Notes: generated by a model from the sequence alone, not told the origin. Numbered from the stretch's first letter, positions 9,737 to 20,759 are shown. The stretch: 64,000 nucleotides of DNA from Clostridia bacterium (GCA_017440805.1 JAFSGN010000022.1:60225-124224); one strand, 5' to 3'. Numbers and translations are program-made.

Positions 9737-11779
9737 ATGGCTAAAAAAAAGGAATATGCTGCACAAGACATAGTACTGCTTAAAGGTGCTGACAGAGTAC
9801 GAAAAAAACCTTCTGTTATTTTTGGTTCAGACGGTATAGAAGGCTGCGAACACGCAATTTTTGAAATTCTGTCAAACTCAATAGACGAAGCGCGAGAAGG
9901 ATATGGAAATACAATTAATGTGACTGTATTCAAAGATAAAACTGTTGAGGTCGAGGATTTCGGACGCGGTATACCACTCGATTGGAACGAAAAAGAGCAG
10001 CGCTATAACTGGGAACTTGTCTTCTGCGAATTGTATGCCGGCGGAAAATATAACAATAATACAGACGGAGCATACGAGTATTCTTTGGGAACAAACGGTT
10101 TGGGCGCCTGTGCCACACAGTACACTTCCGAGTTTATGGATGTTACTGCTTATGTTTCGGGATACAAGTATGAGATGCACTTTAAAAAAGGCGAACCATG
10201 CGGTGACCTTATTAAAACAGAATATACAAAACACCGTACGGGAACTGTTATCCGATGGAAACCGGATATAGATGTTTTCACAGACATTAACATTCCTCTC
10301 AATTTCTTTACCGACATGATGAAAAAGCAGGCGGTTGTCAATTCCGGATTGACTCTTAATCTCTCGTATGAAAATTATGATTCCGGTTTTGAAAAATTCA
10401 CATATATGTACCCCAACGGAATACTTGACTATATCAATGAACTTTCCGGTGCGGATATGGCAATGAACAACCAGAATGAAAACCAAGAATCCGCCGAAGA
10501 AAACAATAATGGCAATACAGTAACAACAAAACCTGTTGTCTGGTATGGAGAGGCTGTCGGCCGCGACCGTGAAGACAGGCCGGAATATAAACTCAAAATA
10601 CAAACAGCAGTATGTTTTTCCAATGTTGCATCTAAAATCGAATACTATCACAACTCCAGTTTCCTTGAACACGGAGGTTCTCCCGATAAAGCGGTCAGAA
10701 CGGCGTTTTTAAAAGCCTGTGACACATATTTGCGTAATAATAACAAATACGGCAAAAATGACAGCAAAATTAATTTTCAGGATATCGAAGGATGTATGAT
10801 TTTGATTGTAAACTCCTTCTCCACCCTGACTGCTTACGAAAATCAGACAAAGAAAGCAATTACAAACACCTTTATTGCAGAAGCGATGACTGATTTTTTC
10901 CTGAAGCAACTTGAAGTATATTTTGCAGAAAACAAATCGGATGCTGATAAAATCGCAAATCTTATTTTGATTAATAAAAAAATAAGGGAAAGTGCGGAAA
11001 ACACAAGACTGAATATAAAGAAGAAACTCACCTCCAATCTTGATATAACAAGCAGAATAGAAAAGTTTGCCAATTGTCGTTCTAAAGACCCTTCAAAACG
11101 CGAACTGTTTATAGTAGAGGGCGATTCTGCTTTAACATCCTGCAAATTAGGGCGAGATGCTGAATTTCAGGCAATTATTCCTGTTCGAGGAAAAACACTC
11201 AACTGTCTTAAATCTTCATACGACAGGATATTTAAAAGCGATATAATAGTTGATTTATTAAAAGTAATCGGTTGTGGTGTGGAAATAAAATCAAAGTCAA
11301 ATAAAGAACTTGTTGATTTTGATTTATCATCTCTCAAATGGAACAAGATAATTCTTTGCACAGATGCCGACGAAGACGGCTTCCAGATAAGAACTCTTAT
11401 TCTTACCATGTTTTACCGATTGTTACCAACTTTGATAGAAGAGGGTAAAATTTTCATTGCTTTATCACCTCTTTACGAAATAACAACAAAAGATAAAATT
11501 ATGTTCGCCTATGACGAAAAGGAAAAAGCACAGATTGTTTCCTCTTTGGGCAATGCAAAATTTACAATACAGCGTTCAAAAGGTCTTGGCGAAAATGAGC
11601 CGGATATGATGTGGCAAACAACTATGAATCCGGCAACACGGAGACTTGTGAGAATAATGCCCAGCAACAGTTTAAGTACAGAAACAATGTTTGAAACCCT
11701 TCTTGGTGATGATATTTTATCCCGTAAACAATTTATTTCTGAAAACGGATACAAGTATATTGACCTTGCAGATATTTAA
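9737..11779 (+). CDS. Type IIA DNA topoisomerase subunit B (ParE/GyrB family, divergent paralogue)
   Basis: GHKL ATPase motifs EILSNSIDEA, FGRGIP, ELYAGGKY and LGTNGLG. TOPRIM motifs ELFIVEGDSA and CTDADEDGFQI. Start moved to ATG 9737 (MAKKKEY; GGAGG 6 nt upstream). Confidence 0.9.
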   Translation: MAKKKEYAAQDIVLLKGADRVRKKPSVIFGSDGIEGCEHAIFEILSNSIDEAREGYGNTINVTVFKDKTVEVEDFGRGIPLDWNEKEQRYNWELVFCELYAGGKYNNNTDGAYEYSLGTNGLGACATQYTSEFMDVTAYVSGYKYEMHFKKGEPCGDLIKTEYTKHRTGTVIRWKPDIDVFTDINIPLNFFTDMMKKQAVVNSGLTLNLSYENYDSGFEKFTYMYPNGILDYINELSGADMAMNNQNENQESAEENNNGNTVTTKPVVWYGEAVGRDREDRPEYKLKIQTAVCFSNVASKIEYYHNSSFLEHGGSPDKAVRTAFLKACDTYLRNNNKYGKNDSKINFQDIEGCMILIVNSFSTLTAYENQTKKAITNTFIAEAMTDFFLKQLEVYFAENKSDADKIANLILINKKIRESAENTRLNIKKKLTSNLDITSRIEKFANCRSKDPSKRELFIVEGDSALTSCKLGRDAEFQAIIPVRGKTLNCLKSSYDRIFKSDIIVDLLKVIGCGVEIKSKSNKELVDFDLSSLKWNKIILCTDADEDGFQIRTLILTMFYRLLPTLIEEGKIFIALSPLYEITTKDKIMFAYDEKEKAQIVSSLGNAKFTIQRSKGLGENEPDMMWQTTMNPATRRLVRIMPSNSLSTETMFETLLGDDILSRKQFISENGYKYIDLADI

Positions 11780-11808
11780 CATAAAATCAACTCAAACGGA
11801 GAATATTT

Positions 11809-14028
11809 ATGGCAAAGAAAGTCAAAAAAGATAATATGGAGCAGGATACTGTTTCGGCAGTTGTCGTAGACCAACCGATAGTAAATACTCTTGAAGAAAA
11901 CTATATGCCCTATGCAATGAGTGTTATTATCTCCCGTGCTATACCTGAAATAGACGGCTTTAAGCCCTCACACAGAAAACTCCTGTACACAATGTATAAA
12001 ATGGGGCTTCTGAACGGAAATCGTACAAAATCTGCAAATGTTGTGGGACAAACAATGAAACTCAATCCACACGGCGACGCCTCCATTTACGAAACAATGG
12101 TGCGTCTCACCCGCGGAAACGAGGCATTGTTGCATCCTTTTGTAGATTCCAAAGGAAGTTTTGGAAAACAATATTCCAAGATGGCCTATGCTGCCTCCCG
12201 TTATACTGAGGTAAAACTTGATTCAATATGTGCAGAAATATTTAACGGTATTGACCATGATGCCGTTGATATGGTAGACAACTATGACAATACATTAAAA
12301 GAGCCTTCTCTCTTACCAACATCTTTTCCAAATATTCTTGTATCTCCGAATACCGGTATTGCCGTAGGTATGGCAAGTTCAATATGTTCATTCAATTTAA
12401 GCGAAATATGCGAAACTGCAATAATGTTGATAAATGACCCGTCGTGTGATTTCAGTACAACATTACTTGCACCTGATTTTTCTACAGGTGCGCAACTGCT
12501 TTTTAACAAATCTCAGATATCCGAGGTGTACGAAACAGGAAAAGGTAACATCAGACTTCGTGCAAAATACAATTTCCAAAAGTCTGATAATTGTATTGAA
12601 ATTACCGAGATTCCATATTCCACTACCAGTGAAGCCATTATGGATAAAATAGAAGAACTGGTAAAAGCAGGAAAATTAAAAGAAATTTCAGATGCGCGTG
12701 ACGAGACAGATATAAACGGACTGAAAATTGCCATAGATTTAAAGCGTGGACATGACCCTGACAAATTAATGGCAAAACTTTTTAAATTAACCCCTCTGGA
12801 AGACAATTTTTCATGCAATTTTAACATTCTTATTGCCGGACATCCAAAAACCATGGGTGTGCGTGAAATAATTGACGAATGGCATGCGTGGCGTTCGGAA
12901 TGTATAAAGCGTGAAATTTACTATGATTTGGAACAAAAAAGTGCAAAACTCCATTTACTTAAGGGACTTGAAAAAATTCTTCTTGACATTGATAAAGCAA
13001 TTGCCATAATAAGAAACACCGAAAATGAACGGGATGTTGTGCCCAACTTATGCGATGGTTTTGATATAGATGTAATCCAGGCAGAATACATTGCTGATAT
13101 TAAATTAAGAAATCTCAATAAAGAATATATTCTCAACAGGACTGCGGAAATTTCAAAACTCGAAGATGAAATTCAAGACCTTGAGGACACACTCAAGAGT
13201 TCAAGGAAAATTGATTCTATTATTATAAAGCAACTCAAAAATGTTAAAAACAAGTATGGTATTCCCCGCAAAACCGAAATTATATATCAGGACAATATAG
13301 AATATGAACCTGAAATCAATACCGTTGAAGATTATCCTGTATTTATCGTTATGACACGAGACGGATACTTTAAGAAGATTTCTCTCCAATCTTTACGCGG
13401 AAACGACGAACAAAAACTTAAAGACGGCGACAAAATTATCTATTCGTCAGAAATATCAAATACTGCTGAACTTCTGTTTTTTACAACTGACTCAAATCTG
13501 TATAAAGCAAAACTGTCAGAATTTGACTCTATTAAAGCATCTGCACTTGGAGAATATATACCGTCAAAACTTTCTTTTGAACAAGACGAAAAATTTGCCG
13601 GTTTTCTTGCCGAGACGAATTTTAAAGGCAGTGTTCTGTTTGTATATGCAAACGGTAAAGCAGTTATCGTTCCTGCTGACTCATATCAGACAAAATTAAA
13701 CCGTAAAAAACTTGTTTCTGCAATTTCTTCCGAGGCACCTATTGTTTCAATTCTTCGCTTGGAAGAAAATCAGGAACGGGATGTGCTTATAAAGAGCAAT
13801 AACAAGCGTATTATGCTTATAAAAACTTCACTTATTCCCCAAAAACTCAAACGAAATTCTTCCGGTGTACAAATTTTAAAATTACGCGCGGGAGACTATG
13901 TTGAATCTGCCGTATTTGCAGAAGACTCGGCGGATACAAATATTTTAAAATATCGAAAGACATCTGTTCCTTCCCCGGGATTTATTTACAATCCAATTGA
14001 TGTTAAAGAAAATCAAATAGAAATGTAA
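11809..14028 (+). CDS. Type IIA DNA topoisomerase subunit A (ParC-like; no GyrA box seen)
   Basis: Motif NPHGDASIYETMVRL and catalytic-Tyr motif AASRYTEVKL. Only 739 aa, with a short C-terminal domain. No QRRGGKG-type GyrA box in the translation. Confidence 0.9.
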   Translation: MAKKVKKDNMEQDTVSAVVVDQPIVNTLEENYMPYAMSVIISRAIPEIDGFKPSHRKLLYTMYKMGLLNGNRTKSANVVGQTMKLNPHGDASIYETMVRLTRGNEALLHPFVDSKGSFGKQYSKMAYAASRYTEVKLDSICAEIFNGIDHDAVDMVDNYDNTLKEPSLLPTSFPNILVSPNTGIAVGMASSICSFNLSEICETAIMLINDPSCDFSTTLLAPDFSTGAQLLFNKSQISEVYETGKGNIRLRAKYNFQKSDNCIEITEIPYSTTSEAIMDKIEELVKAGKLKEISDARDETDINGLKIAIDLKRGHDPDKLMAKLFKLTPLEDNFSCNFNILIAGHPKTMGVREIIDEWHAWRSECIKREIYYDLEQKSAKLHLLKGLEKILLDIDKAIAIIRNTENERDVVPNLCDGFDIDVIQAEYIADIKLRNLNKEYILNRTAEISKLEDEIQDLEDTLKSSRKIDSIIIKQLKNVKNKYGIPRKTEIIYQDNIEYEPEINTVEDYPVFIVMTRDGYFKKISLQSLRGNDEQKLKDGDKIIYSSEISNTAELLFFTTDSNLYKAKLSEFDSIKASALGEYIPSKLSFEQDEKFAGFLAETNFKGSVLFVYANGKAVIVPADSYQTKLNRKKLVSAISSEAPIVSILRLEENQERDVLIKSNNKRIMLIKTSLIPQKLKRNSSGVQILKLRAGDYVESAVFAEDSADTNILKYRKTSVPSPGFIYNPIDVKENQIEM

Positions 14029-14046
14029 TCAACCAAAGGAGTCTTC

Positions 14047-15024
14047 ATGTTAACAAACAAAGCACCGCTTTGGATAGCATTGCTGCTCTCAATATTAACC
14101 ATATTGTGTTCCGCTTTTGCTCCATTGCCGATAATCGCAGAAATTGTATTATTTTCAATTTTATGCTTGATTTTCCCCTCCCCGATTCTATGTCTTGTTC
14201 CTGTTTTTAGTTTTATTTTTAGTTTTTCAATCAATTATTTTGCCGTGAGAAATATCGCTTCTGCACTGACTGCCGGAGCAAATGCCATGTTCTTTTTATT
14301 GCCGTCTGTTTTGATTGCCGTATCTTTTCTCCGGAAATATTCAAAATCAATTACTGTATTTAACGGTGCAATAGGAATATATATCTACGGATTTTTCCTT
14401 GTAGTTCTAGGCTTTATTCTTTCATACGGAAAATTCACGCCTCAATTACTTAACGATGCTATTGAAAACTCTTTTTCAGCATCACTTCAGTCAATGTTGC
14501 AACAAGCAACTTTACTTTTGCCGGACAATCAATTACTTGAAGAAAGAATTCCCTTTATTGAACAGTCGTTCTACGCAATAAAACCGCTTCTCCCCGCATC
14601 ACTTTTTTCCATCACTTTTATCATTTCATATTTGTCAGTCATAATTATAAATGCAGTTCTTAAAAGAATCGGATTAATTAAAAACATATCATACCGCATA
14701 ATTCCCCGCTGGCAGACAGGTGCTGTATTTTTGATTTTTTCAATTTTATCATCTATCGCACCGGTAAGTTCATTCTTTTGGGTTATGGCATCTTCTGTAA
14801 AAATAATTTTACTTCCACTTTTTCAAATAGTCGGAGTGGGTGTAATATATGACACATTGAAAAGATTCTTCAATAAAGGCATTTTTTCAAAAATCCTTCC
14901 TGTGATATCATTGTTATTTTTGATTGTAATATTTTATAGTTTTTTCTACTTAATCGGATGTATCTATTGTATAGTAAACGGTTCAAAATCATTTATAAAT
15001 AATTCCAAAGGAGAAAATCAATGA
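14047..15024 (+). CDS. yybS: YybS-like polytopic membrane protein (DUF2232 family)
   Basis: 325 aa with multiple hydrophobic helices. It lies immediately upstream of gdpP and overlaps it by 4 nt, as in the Bacillus yybS-yybT-rplI-dnaC arrangement. Confidence 0.7.
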   Translation: MLTNKAPLWIALLLSILTILCSAFAPLPIIAEIVLFSILCLIFPSPILCLVPVFSFIFSFSINYFAVRNIASALTAGANAMFFLLPSVLIAVSFLRKYSKSITVFNGAIGIYIYGFFLVVLGFILSYGKFTPQLLNDAIENSFSASLQSMLQQATLLLPDNQLLEERIPFIEQSFYAIKPLLPASLFSITFIISYLSVIIINAVLKRIGLIKNISYRIIPRWQTGAVFLIFSILSSIAPVSSFFWVMASSVKIILLPLFQIVGVGVIYDTLKRFFNKGIFSKILPVISLLFLIVIFYSFFYLIGCIYCIVNGSKSFINNSKGENQ

Positions 15025-17030
15025 AATCAACAAAAAAAGATAATAAATATAAAATTTCCTTGAGATTTCATATCCCGACAAGAGTAGTGGTTTTTGTTCT
15101 TGGAATTGTCGCTTTACTTTCATTTACGATAATCGGTGCATCAATTGACCCAAGGTTACTTCTTATCGGCATTCTTTTTACTCTGTTTTTTGTTTCACTG
15201 TCCTTGATTTATTATTTTCTGTTCAGTAGAAAAAATATTTCAGACGACAAAGAAAATCTTATTTTCGGGAATGTCACACTTGACTTTTTAAAAAATTATA
15301 TTTCTCCCGTTGTAATTTTAGACGACGACGAATGGATTGTATGGTATAACAAATCCTTTTCCGCAATTTTTGATATCAACACTCCCCTTTACGGAAAAAA
15401 CATTGCACAACTTACAAACGATTGGATTACGGTAAAAAAAATCAAGCAGTCTAATTTTGAGATTTTTCCAACAAAATTTAATGACACTGATTACGACATA
15501 TTATCAACAAAAGTCAAGAGCGGCGACCAGAATTATTATATTGTTGTATGTAGCAATAATACAGAATATGTTAATCTCCTGAATGAATTTAAAATGAGAG
15601 ACGCACTCGTCATCTATATCACTGTAGATAATGCTTCGGAGGCTGCCAAATTTTCTCAAACACAACACCTCTCGGTTGCCGCACAGGTTGCCGTTGCTCT
15701 CAAAGAGTGGGCTGCATCGCTTAACGGTATCCTCAAAGAATATGAAAGAGATAAATATATTATTATCACAGAATCTCGTTATCTTGACAGCATTACCGAA
15801 AAGAAGTTTGATATTCTGGACCGCATAAGAGAACTTTCAGGCACACAGGCAAGTATCCCTCTGACTGTATCAATCGGTGCATCAAGAGCAGGAGATACTT
15901 TCCCGGAAAAAGAGCAAACTGCCAGGGCTGCCGTTGATTTGGCTCTTCAGCGCGGCGGTGACCAGGCTGTTCTCAAATCGGAAAGTTCCACTGAATTCTT
16001 CGGTGGAAGAAGCAAAACAGTTCAGAAACGAACTAAAATCCGTTCACGAATTGTTGCAAGTGAATTGACCGGTTTGATGAAGGAATCTGCAAATATTTTA
16101 ATTATGGGGCATCGATTTGCAGACCATGACTCCATAGGTGCATGTGTGGGTATTTTCCGACTTGCAGTACAATATTGCGACAGGGTAAACATTATCGTAA
16201 ACTCAGATGATACAAACTTGAAAGCAGTTTTTTCTAAACTCTCGGACATACCCGATTATGAACATGCATTTATTGATTCAGCAAGTGCACAGGAACTTAT
16301 TTCTTCCGAAACCCTCCTTGTAGTTCTTGATGTTAATAATGTCAACTACTTTGAAGCACCCGATGTGTACATGAATACACCCAGAGTTGCAATAATTGAC
16401 CATCACAGAAAAACCGATGATTTCCTTGTTTCTCCCATTGTAGATTATATTGAGCCTTCCAGTTCATCAACTTGTGAGCTTGTCAGCGAAATGCTGGAAC
16501 TTACTCTGGAGTCAGGAAAACTCATAAAAGAGGAAGCAGAATTGCTGCTTTCCGGAATTCTGCTTGACACAAAACAATTTTCCCGCAATACCGGTGTACG
16601 AACATTTTCCGCCGCATTATATCTCAGAAGCGAAGGTGCAAGTCCGGCAGAAGCACAAATGCTTTTTAAAACAGAACTCAGTGAATTTTTGCGTGAAACA
16701 AAATTTGAAAATCATGTTATTGTATATCGTTCTGTTATCGCAATATCCGTTTATGAAGGTGAGGCAGAATTAAACGATAAAATAGCAGCATCAAAAGCCG
16801 CAGACCGTCTTCTGGGCGTGTCAGGAATCCAGGCGTCTTTTGTTTTATTCCGCATAAATAACTCAGTTCATATTTCCGCGCGTTCTGTAGGTACTGTCAA
16901 TGTTCAACTTATTCTTGAACAATTTCAGGGAGGTGGTCATTTTGATTCCGCAGGTGCGCAAATTAACAACAGAACTCTTGAGGAAGTTCTTATAAAACTG
17001 AAAGATGTAATCGACCAAACTCTTAATTAA
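15021..17030 (+). CDS. gdpP: Cyclic-di-AMP phosphodiesterase GdpP (2 TM, PAS-like, degenerate GGDEF, DHH/DHHA1)
   Basis: Two N-terminal TM helices, DHH motif IIDHHRK and DHHA1 motif GGGHFDSAGAQ. 669 aa in conserved synteny. Confidence 0.9.
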   Translation: MKSTKKDNKYKISLRFHIPTRVVVFVLGIVALLSFTIIGASIDPRLLLIGILFTLFFVSLSLIYYFLFSRKNISDDKENLIFGNVTLDFLKNYISPVVILDDDEWIVWYNKSFSAIFDINTPLYGKNIAQLTNDWITVKKIKQSNFEIFPTKFNDTDYDILSTKVKSGDQNYYIVVCSNNTEYVNLLNEFKMRDALVIYITVDNASEAAKFSQTQHLSVAAQVAVALKEWAASLNGILKEYERDKYIIITESRYLDSITEKKFDILDRIRELSGTQASIPLTVSIGASRAGDTFPEKEQTARAAVDLALQRGGDQAVLKSESSTEFFGGRSKTVQKRTKIRSRIVASELTGLMKESANILIMGHRFADHDSIGACVGIFRLAVQYCDRVNIIVNSDDTNLKAVFSKLSDIPDYEHAFIDSASAQELISSETLLVVLDVNNVNYFEAPDVYMNTPRVAIIDHHRKTDDFLVSPIVDYIEPSSSSTCELVSEMLELTLESGKLIKEEAELLLSGILLDTKQFSRNTGVRTFSAALYLRSEGASPAEAQMLFKTELSEFLRETKFENHVIVYRSVIAISVYEGEAELNDKIAASKAADRLLGVSGIQASFVLFRINNSVHISARSVGTVNVQLILEQFQGGGHFDSAGAQINNRTLEEVLIKLKDVIDQTLN

Positions 17031-17057
17031 TGTTAACTGAAAAGGAGATAATAAGAT

Positions 17058-17507
17058 ATGAAAGTAATTTTATTGCAGGATGTAAGAGGTCAAGGCAAAA
17101 AAGGAGACCTTATAGAAGTTTCCGACGGATATGCCCGTAATTTTCTTTTTTCAAAAAAACTCGCGGTTGAAGCCGACAAAACAAAACTCAATGAATTGAA
17201 AAACCGTGAAGAAGCGGCTAAATTCAAAAAAGAAACAGAAAAAGCACAAGCCATTGAAACGGCTAAAAAAATTGAATCTGTTTTGTTGAAAATTTCGGTG
17301 TCCGGAAGTGCTGACGGCAGATTATACGGCGCTGTAACAACAATGGAAATTGCTCAACAACTTTCCGAACAATACAATATTGAAATTGATAAGCGTAAAA
17401 TTGTTCTCAACGACCCGATAAAAGCCTTTGGCAAATACACACTTGATGTTAAACTTTTTTCCGGTGTGACCGGCAAACTCAATGTTCTGATTGCTGAAAA
17501 AAAATAA
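17058..17507 (+). CDS. rplI: 50S ribosomal protein L9
   Basis: MKVILLQDVRGQGKKGDLIEVSDGYARNFL is the canonical L9 N-terminus. 149 aa. Confidence 0.97.
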   Translation: MKVILLQDVRGQGKKGDLIEVSDGYARNFLFSKKLAVEADKTKLNELKNREEAAKFKKETEKAQAIETAKKIESVLLKISVSGSADGRLYGAVTTMEIAQQLSEQYNIEIDKRKIVLNDPIKAFGKYTLDVKLFSGVTGKLNVLIAEKK

Positions 17508-17529
17508 TTATTTGAAAGATAATATAACT

Positions 17530-18876
17530 ATGGATAATTTTTCTCAGGAACTTATAAATGCCACTCCCCCATTTTCTCTTGAAGCAGAACAGGCGCTTTT
17601 AGGTGCTATTATACTTTCGGGTGATAAATTTTCAGAAGTAGTTGAAAAATTATCTCCCGACGACTTCTATGTTCCCCAACATAAGGCTTTTTATATTTCA
17701 ATGCAGTCTATTTATCTTCAATCAAGGCAAATAGACTTAGTAACGCTGATTGATGCACTTGTGGAAACCGGCGAATATACTGATGCTTCCGCACGAACAT
17801 ATATTAAAAGTCTGGCAGATACTGTACCGTCACTTTCCAATATTTCCGACTATGCAAAAATAATTCGTGATAAAGCAACTCTGAGACGACTTATAGATAT
17901 TTCAAATGAAATCCGTGAAAGTGCCTATAGTCAGTCAGATGATGTTCAGAGAATTATTGACTCTGCAGAGCAAAAAATTTTCAGCCTTGCTCAAGGAAAT
18001 ATTACAAACGATTTGACTCATATCCGTGATGTTATTCTGGAAACATACAATTACCTGACACTTATGAAAAACAATCCGGAATTAGCCAAGGGTACTTCAA
18101 CATATTTTTCAAAACTTGACAGTGTTCTGGGCGGTATGGGTTCGGGTGACCTTGTGATTGTCGGTGCCCGTCCTGGTATGGGTAAAACAAGTTTTGCAGT
18201 TAATATTGCTATAGAAATTGCAAAACACAAAAAATGTGCAGTTGCAATCTTTTCACTTGAAATGTCAAAAACACAAGTTGCTTCACGAATGCTGTCCAGT
18301 GAGGCTATGATTGACTCATACAAATTCAGAAACGGTCGTTTTGATGATGTTGAGAACGGTTGGGAACGGCTTTGTACCGCTGCAACCGCGTTGTCAGGAG
18401 TTGACATTTACATTGACGACACTACCGGCATTACTGTTTCGGGAATGAAGGCAAAACTAAGACGGGTTGAAAATCTCGGATTTGTTGTTATTGATTATCT
18501 GCAACTTATGCAATCAGAAAAAAAATCAGAAAACCGCGTACAGGAAATCGGAGACATTTCAAGAGGCTTAAAACTTCTTGCTAAAGAATTAGGAGTACCC
18601 GTAATGACCTGTGCACAACTTTCCCGTGCTACCGACCGAAGCAAAACCCAAAAACCAATGCTCAGTGATTTACGCGATTCAGGTGCAATTGAGCAGGATG
18701 CCGATGTTGTTATGTTTTTGTACCGCGAGGACTATTACGATAAAGAAAAATCCGCTGACCAAAACACCGTTGAAATTATTGTTGCCAAAAACCGCCACGG
18801 TTCTACCGGCGATGTCACACTGGGATGGCAGGCACCATATACAAAATTTGTGGATATTGACACTACACATGAATAA
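17530..18876 (+). CDS. dnaB: Replicative DNA helicase (DnaB family; DnaC in Bacillus nomenclature)
   Basis: PPFSLEAEQALLGAIIL N-domain, Walker A GARPGMGKTSF, and the VVIDYLQLM and SRGLKLLAKELGVPV motifs. Start moved to ATG 17530 (MDNFSQ). Confidence 0.95.
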   Translation: MDNFSQELINATPPFSLEAEQALLGAIILSGDKFSEVVEKLSPDDFYVPQHKAFYISMQSIYLQSRQIDLVTLIDALVETGEYTDASARTYIKSLADTVPSLSNISDYAKIIRDKATLRRLIDISNEIRESAYSQSDDVQRIIDSAEQKIFSLAQGNITNDLTHIRDVILETYNYLTLMKNNPELAKGTSTYFSKLDSVLGGMGSGDLVIVGARPGMGKTSFAVNIAIEIAKHKKCAVAIFSLEMSKTQVASRMLSSEAMIDSYKFRNGRFDDVENGWERLCTAATALSGVDIYIDDTTGITVSGMKAKLRRVENLGFVVIDYLQLMQSEKKSENRVQEIGDISRGLKLLAKELGVPVMTCAQLSRATDRSKTQKPMLSDLRDSGAIEQDADVVMFLYREDYYDKEKSADQNTVEIIVAKNRHGSTGDVTLGWQAPYTKFVDIDTTHE

Positions 18877-20257
18877 ATTTATTTCAAATGTATTTCAGGC
18901 AATAAATCAATACAATATGATATCGGAAAACGATTCAATTCTTATCGCCTTATCAGGAGGTAAGGATTCTGTCGCTTTGTTACTTTTTCTTTTACATTAC
19001 AGGGACGAACATAATATTAAACTTTTTGCTGCTCATGTAAATCACATGATACGGGGAACAGAAGCAGATAATGACCAGCAATTTTGCAATTCATTATGTG
19101 AAAAGTATAATATTCCGATTTTTTGTAAAAAAATAAATGTTCCGGAAATAGCAAAACAACAATCAATGTCTCTTGAAGAAACAGCCAGAAACCTACGGTA
19201 TGAATTTTTTGAATCAATTTGCAAAGAATATAATATCACCAAAATTGCTACCGCACACACCGCTTCCGACAACACTGAAACAGTTTTATACAATATCATA
19301 CGCGGCAGCGGAACCCAAGGTATATGCGGAATTCCACCCACAAGAGAAAATATTATCCGCCCCTTAATTTTATGCACAAAAGAACAAACCGAAGAATATT
19401 GTATTAAAAACAACATCTCATTTTGCATAGACAAAACAAATCATGATGATATCTACGACAGGAACAATATACGACTCAATATTATTCCTTATATGAAAAA
19501 AAGAAATCCCTCTATTGACAATGCGTTGTCAAAGCTTTCTTATATTGCACGATGTGACAGACAACTGATTTCATCACTTACGGATGCTTTTATCGAAAAA
19601 AACAATGGAAAAATGCCGTTAGATGAAACAGTCAACTTGTTTTCAGACGAAAAAATGCTTTCCTGTGCCCATGAATTACTTTGTAAATTAAGCGGTATTA
19701 CTGTTTCTTATGACATTTTTATGCAATGTAAAAGTGTTATATGTTCAAAGAAAACAGGCAAAAAAGTAAAATTATCGCAAGAAAAACAACTTATAATAAA
19801 CTACGATTTTGTTGAAATAACAGACATATCTTCCCCGCTCCCATATTACGAAATGCCATTGCCTTTTGATAAAATCACAAATATAAATGAAAAAGTGTCA
19901 ATACATGTTTATAAAGGTAAAAAAAGCATTAATTATAAAAATATTAACAATTTCACCATAAAAGCGACTTTAAATTTTGATAAAATATGTGGTAGTCTGA
20001 TTGCTCGAAAAAAAATAAACGGTGATTCGTATATTTCCGGCGGTATTACACGCAGTATAAAGAAGTATTTTTCAGATTCGAAAATAAGTCGACAGATGCG
20101 TGAATATATTCCTGTCATTTGCGATACAGAAGGTGCTTTGTGGGTCCCCGGTATGAATCCCTGCGACAGAGTAAGTGAAAAAAACGCAAAAAATACGATT
20201 ACAATAGTTGTGGAGTTTGAAAATGAATCAAGACATTGCAAAAGTTTTACTCTCTGA
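18869..20257 (+). CDS. tilS: tRNA(Ile)-lysidine synthase TilS
   Basis: PP-loop ALSGGKDSVALL. Start moved to ATG 18869 (MNKFISNVF), which overlaps the dnaB stop by 8 nt. The 86 upstream track codons are the dnaB 3' end read out of frame. Confidence 0.9.
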   Translation: MNKFISNVFQAINQYNMISENDSILIALSGGKDSVALLLFLLHYRDEHNIKLFAAHVNHMIRGTEADNDQQFCNSLCEKYNIPIFCKKINVPEIAKQQSMSLEETARNLRYEFFESICKEYNITKIATAHTASDNTETVLYNIIRGSGTQGICGIPPTRENIIRPLILCTKEQTEEYCIKNNISFCIDKTNHDDIYDRNNIRLNIIPYMKKRNPSIDNALSKLSYIARCDRQLISSLTDAFIEKNNGKMPLDETVNLFSDEKMLSCAHELLCKLSGITVSYDIFMQCKSVICSKKTGKKVKLSQEKQLIINYDFVEITDISSPLPYYEMPLPFDKITNINEKVSIHVYKGKKSINYKNINNFTIKATLNFDKICGSLIARKKINGDSYISGGITRSIKKYFSDSKISRQMREYIPVICDTEGALWVPGMNPCDRVSEKNAKNTITIVVEFENESRHCKSFTL

Positions 20258-20759
20258 AGATGAAATTTCCGAAATTATAAACAGGTTATCGTCAGAGGTG
20301 ACAAAAGATTATAAGAATAAAAACTTATGCCTTTTATGTGTTCTTAAAGGTTCTCTTATTTTTTGTGCTGACCTTATGCGAAGATTGGATTTTCCCGTAG
20401 AACTCATATGTATAAGTGCTTCTTCATACAAAAATGCCACCGTTTCCAGCGGTAATGTTGAAATCAACTCACTCACCGACAATATCACCGGAAAAGATGT
20501 TCTTATTATTGAAGATATACTTGATACCGGAAATACTCTTTCAAATCTTATAAAATATTTAAAAGAACTTTCTCCGGCATCGGTTGAAATATGTACAATT
20601 CTTGACAAGCCCTCAAGAAGAGTTAAAGATATTTCAGCAAAATATGTTGGTTCAGTTATACCTGATGAATTTGTAGTAGGTTACGGACTTGACTATAATC
20701 AACGATACCGCAATCTCCCCTACATAGGCATTCTTAAACCCGAAATATACAACAATTAA
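20223..20759 (+). CDS. hpt: Hypoxanthine phosphoribosyltransferase
   Basis: PRPP-binding motif [13 protein letters not shown] and C-terminal [19 protein letters not shown]. Start at ATG 20223 (GGAG 7 nt upstream). Overlaps the tilS 3' end by 35 nt. Confidence 0.93.
   Translation: MNQDIAKVLLSEDEISEIINRLSSEVTKDYKNKNLCLLCVLKGSLIFCADLMRRLDFPVELICISASSYKNATVSSGNVEINSLTDNITGKDVLIIEDILDTGNTLSNLIKYLKELSPASVEICTILDKPSRRVKDISAKYVGSVIPDEFVVGYGLDYNQRYRNLPYIGILKPEIYNN

Noticed and set aside
9878-10672. 264-aa ORF antisense to the topoisomerase B-subunit gene, with several smaller antisense ORFs nearby
   Set aside because: It is a shadow ORF on the opposite strand of a gene with unmistakable GHKL/TOPRIM motifs. 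Its translation is Cys/Phe/Ile-rich with no recognisable motif or RBS.
18611-18868. 86-codon upstream extension of tilS
   Set aside because: It is the dnaB 3' end read out of frame. TilS homology, including the PP-loop, starts right after ATG 18869.
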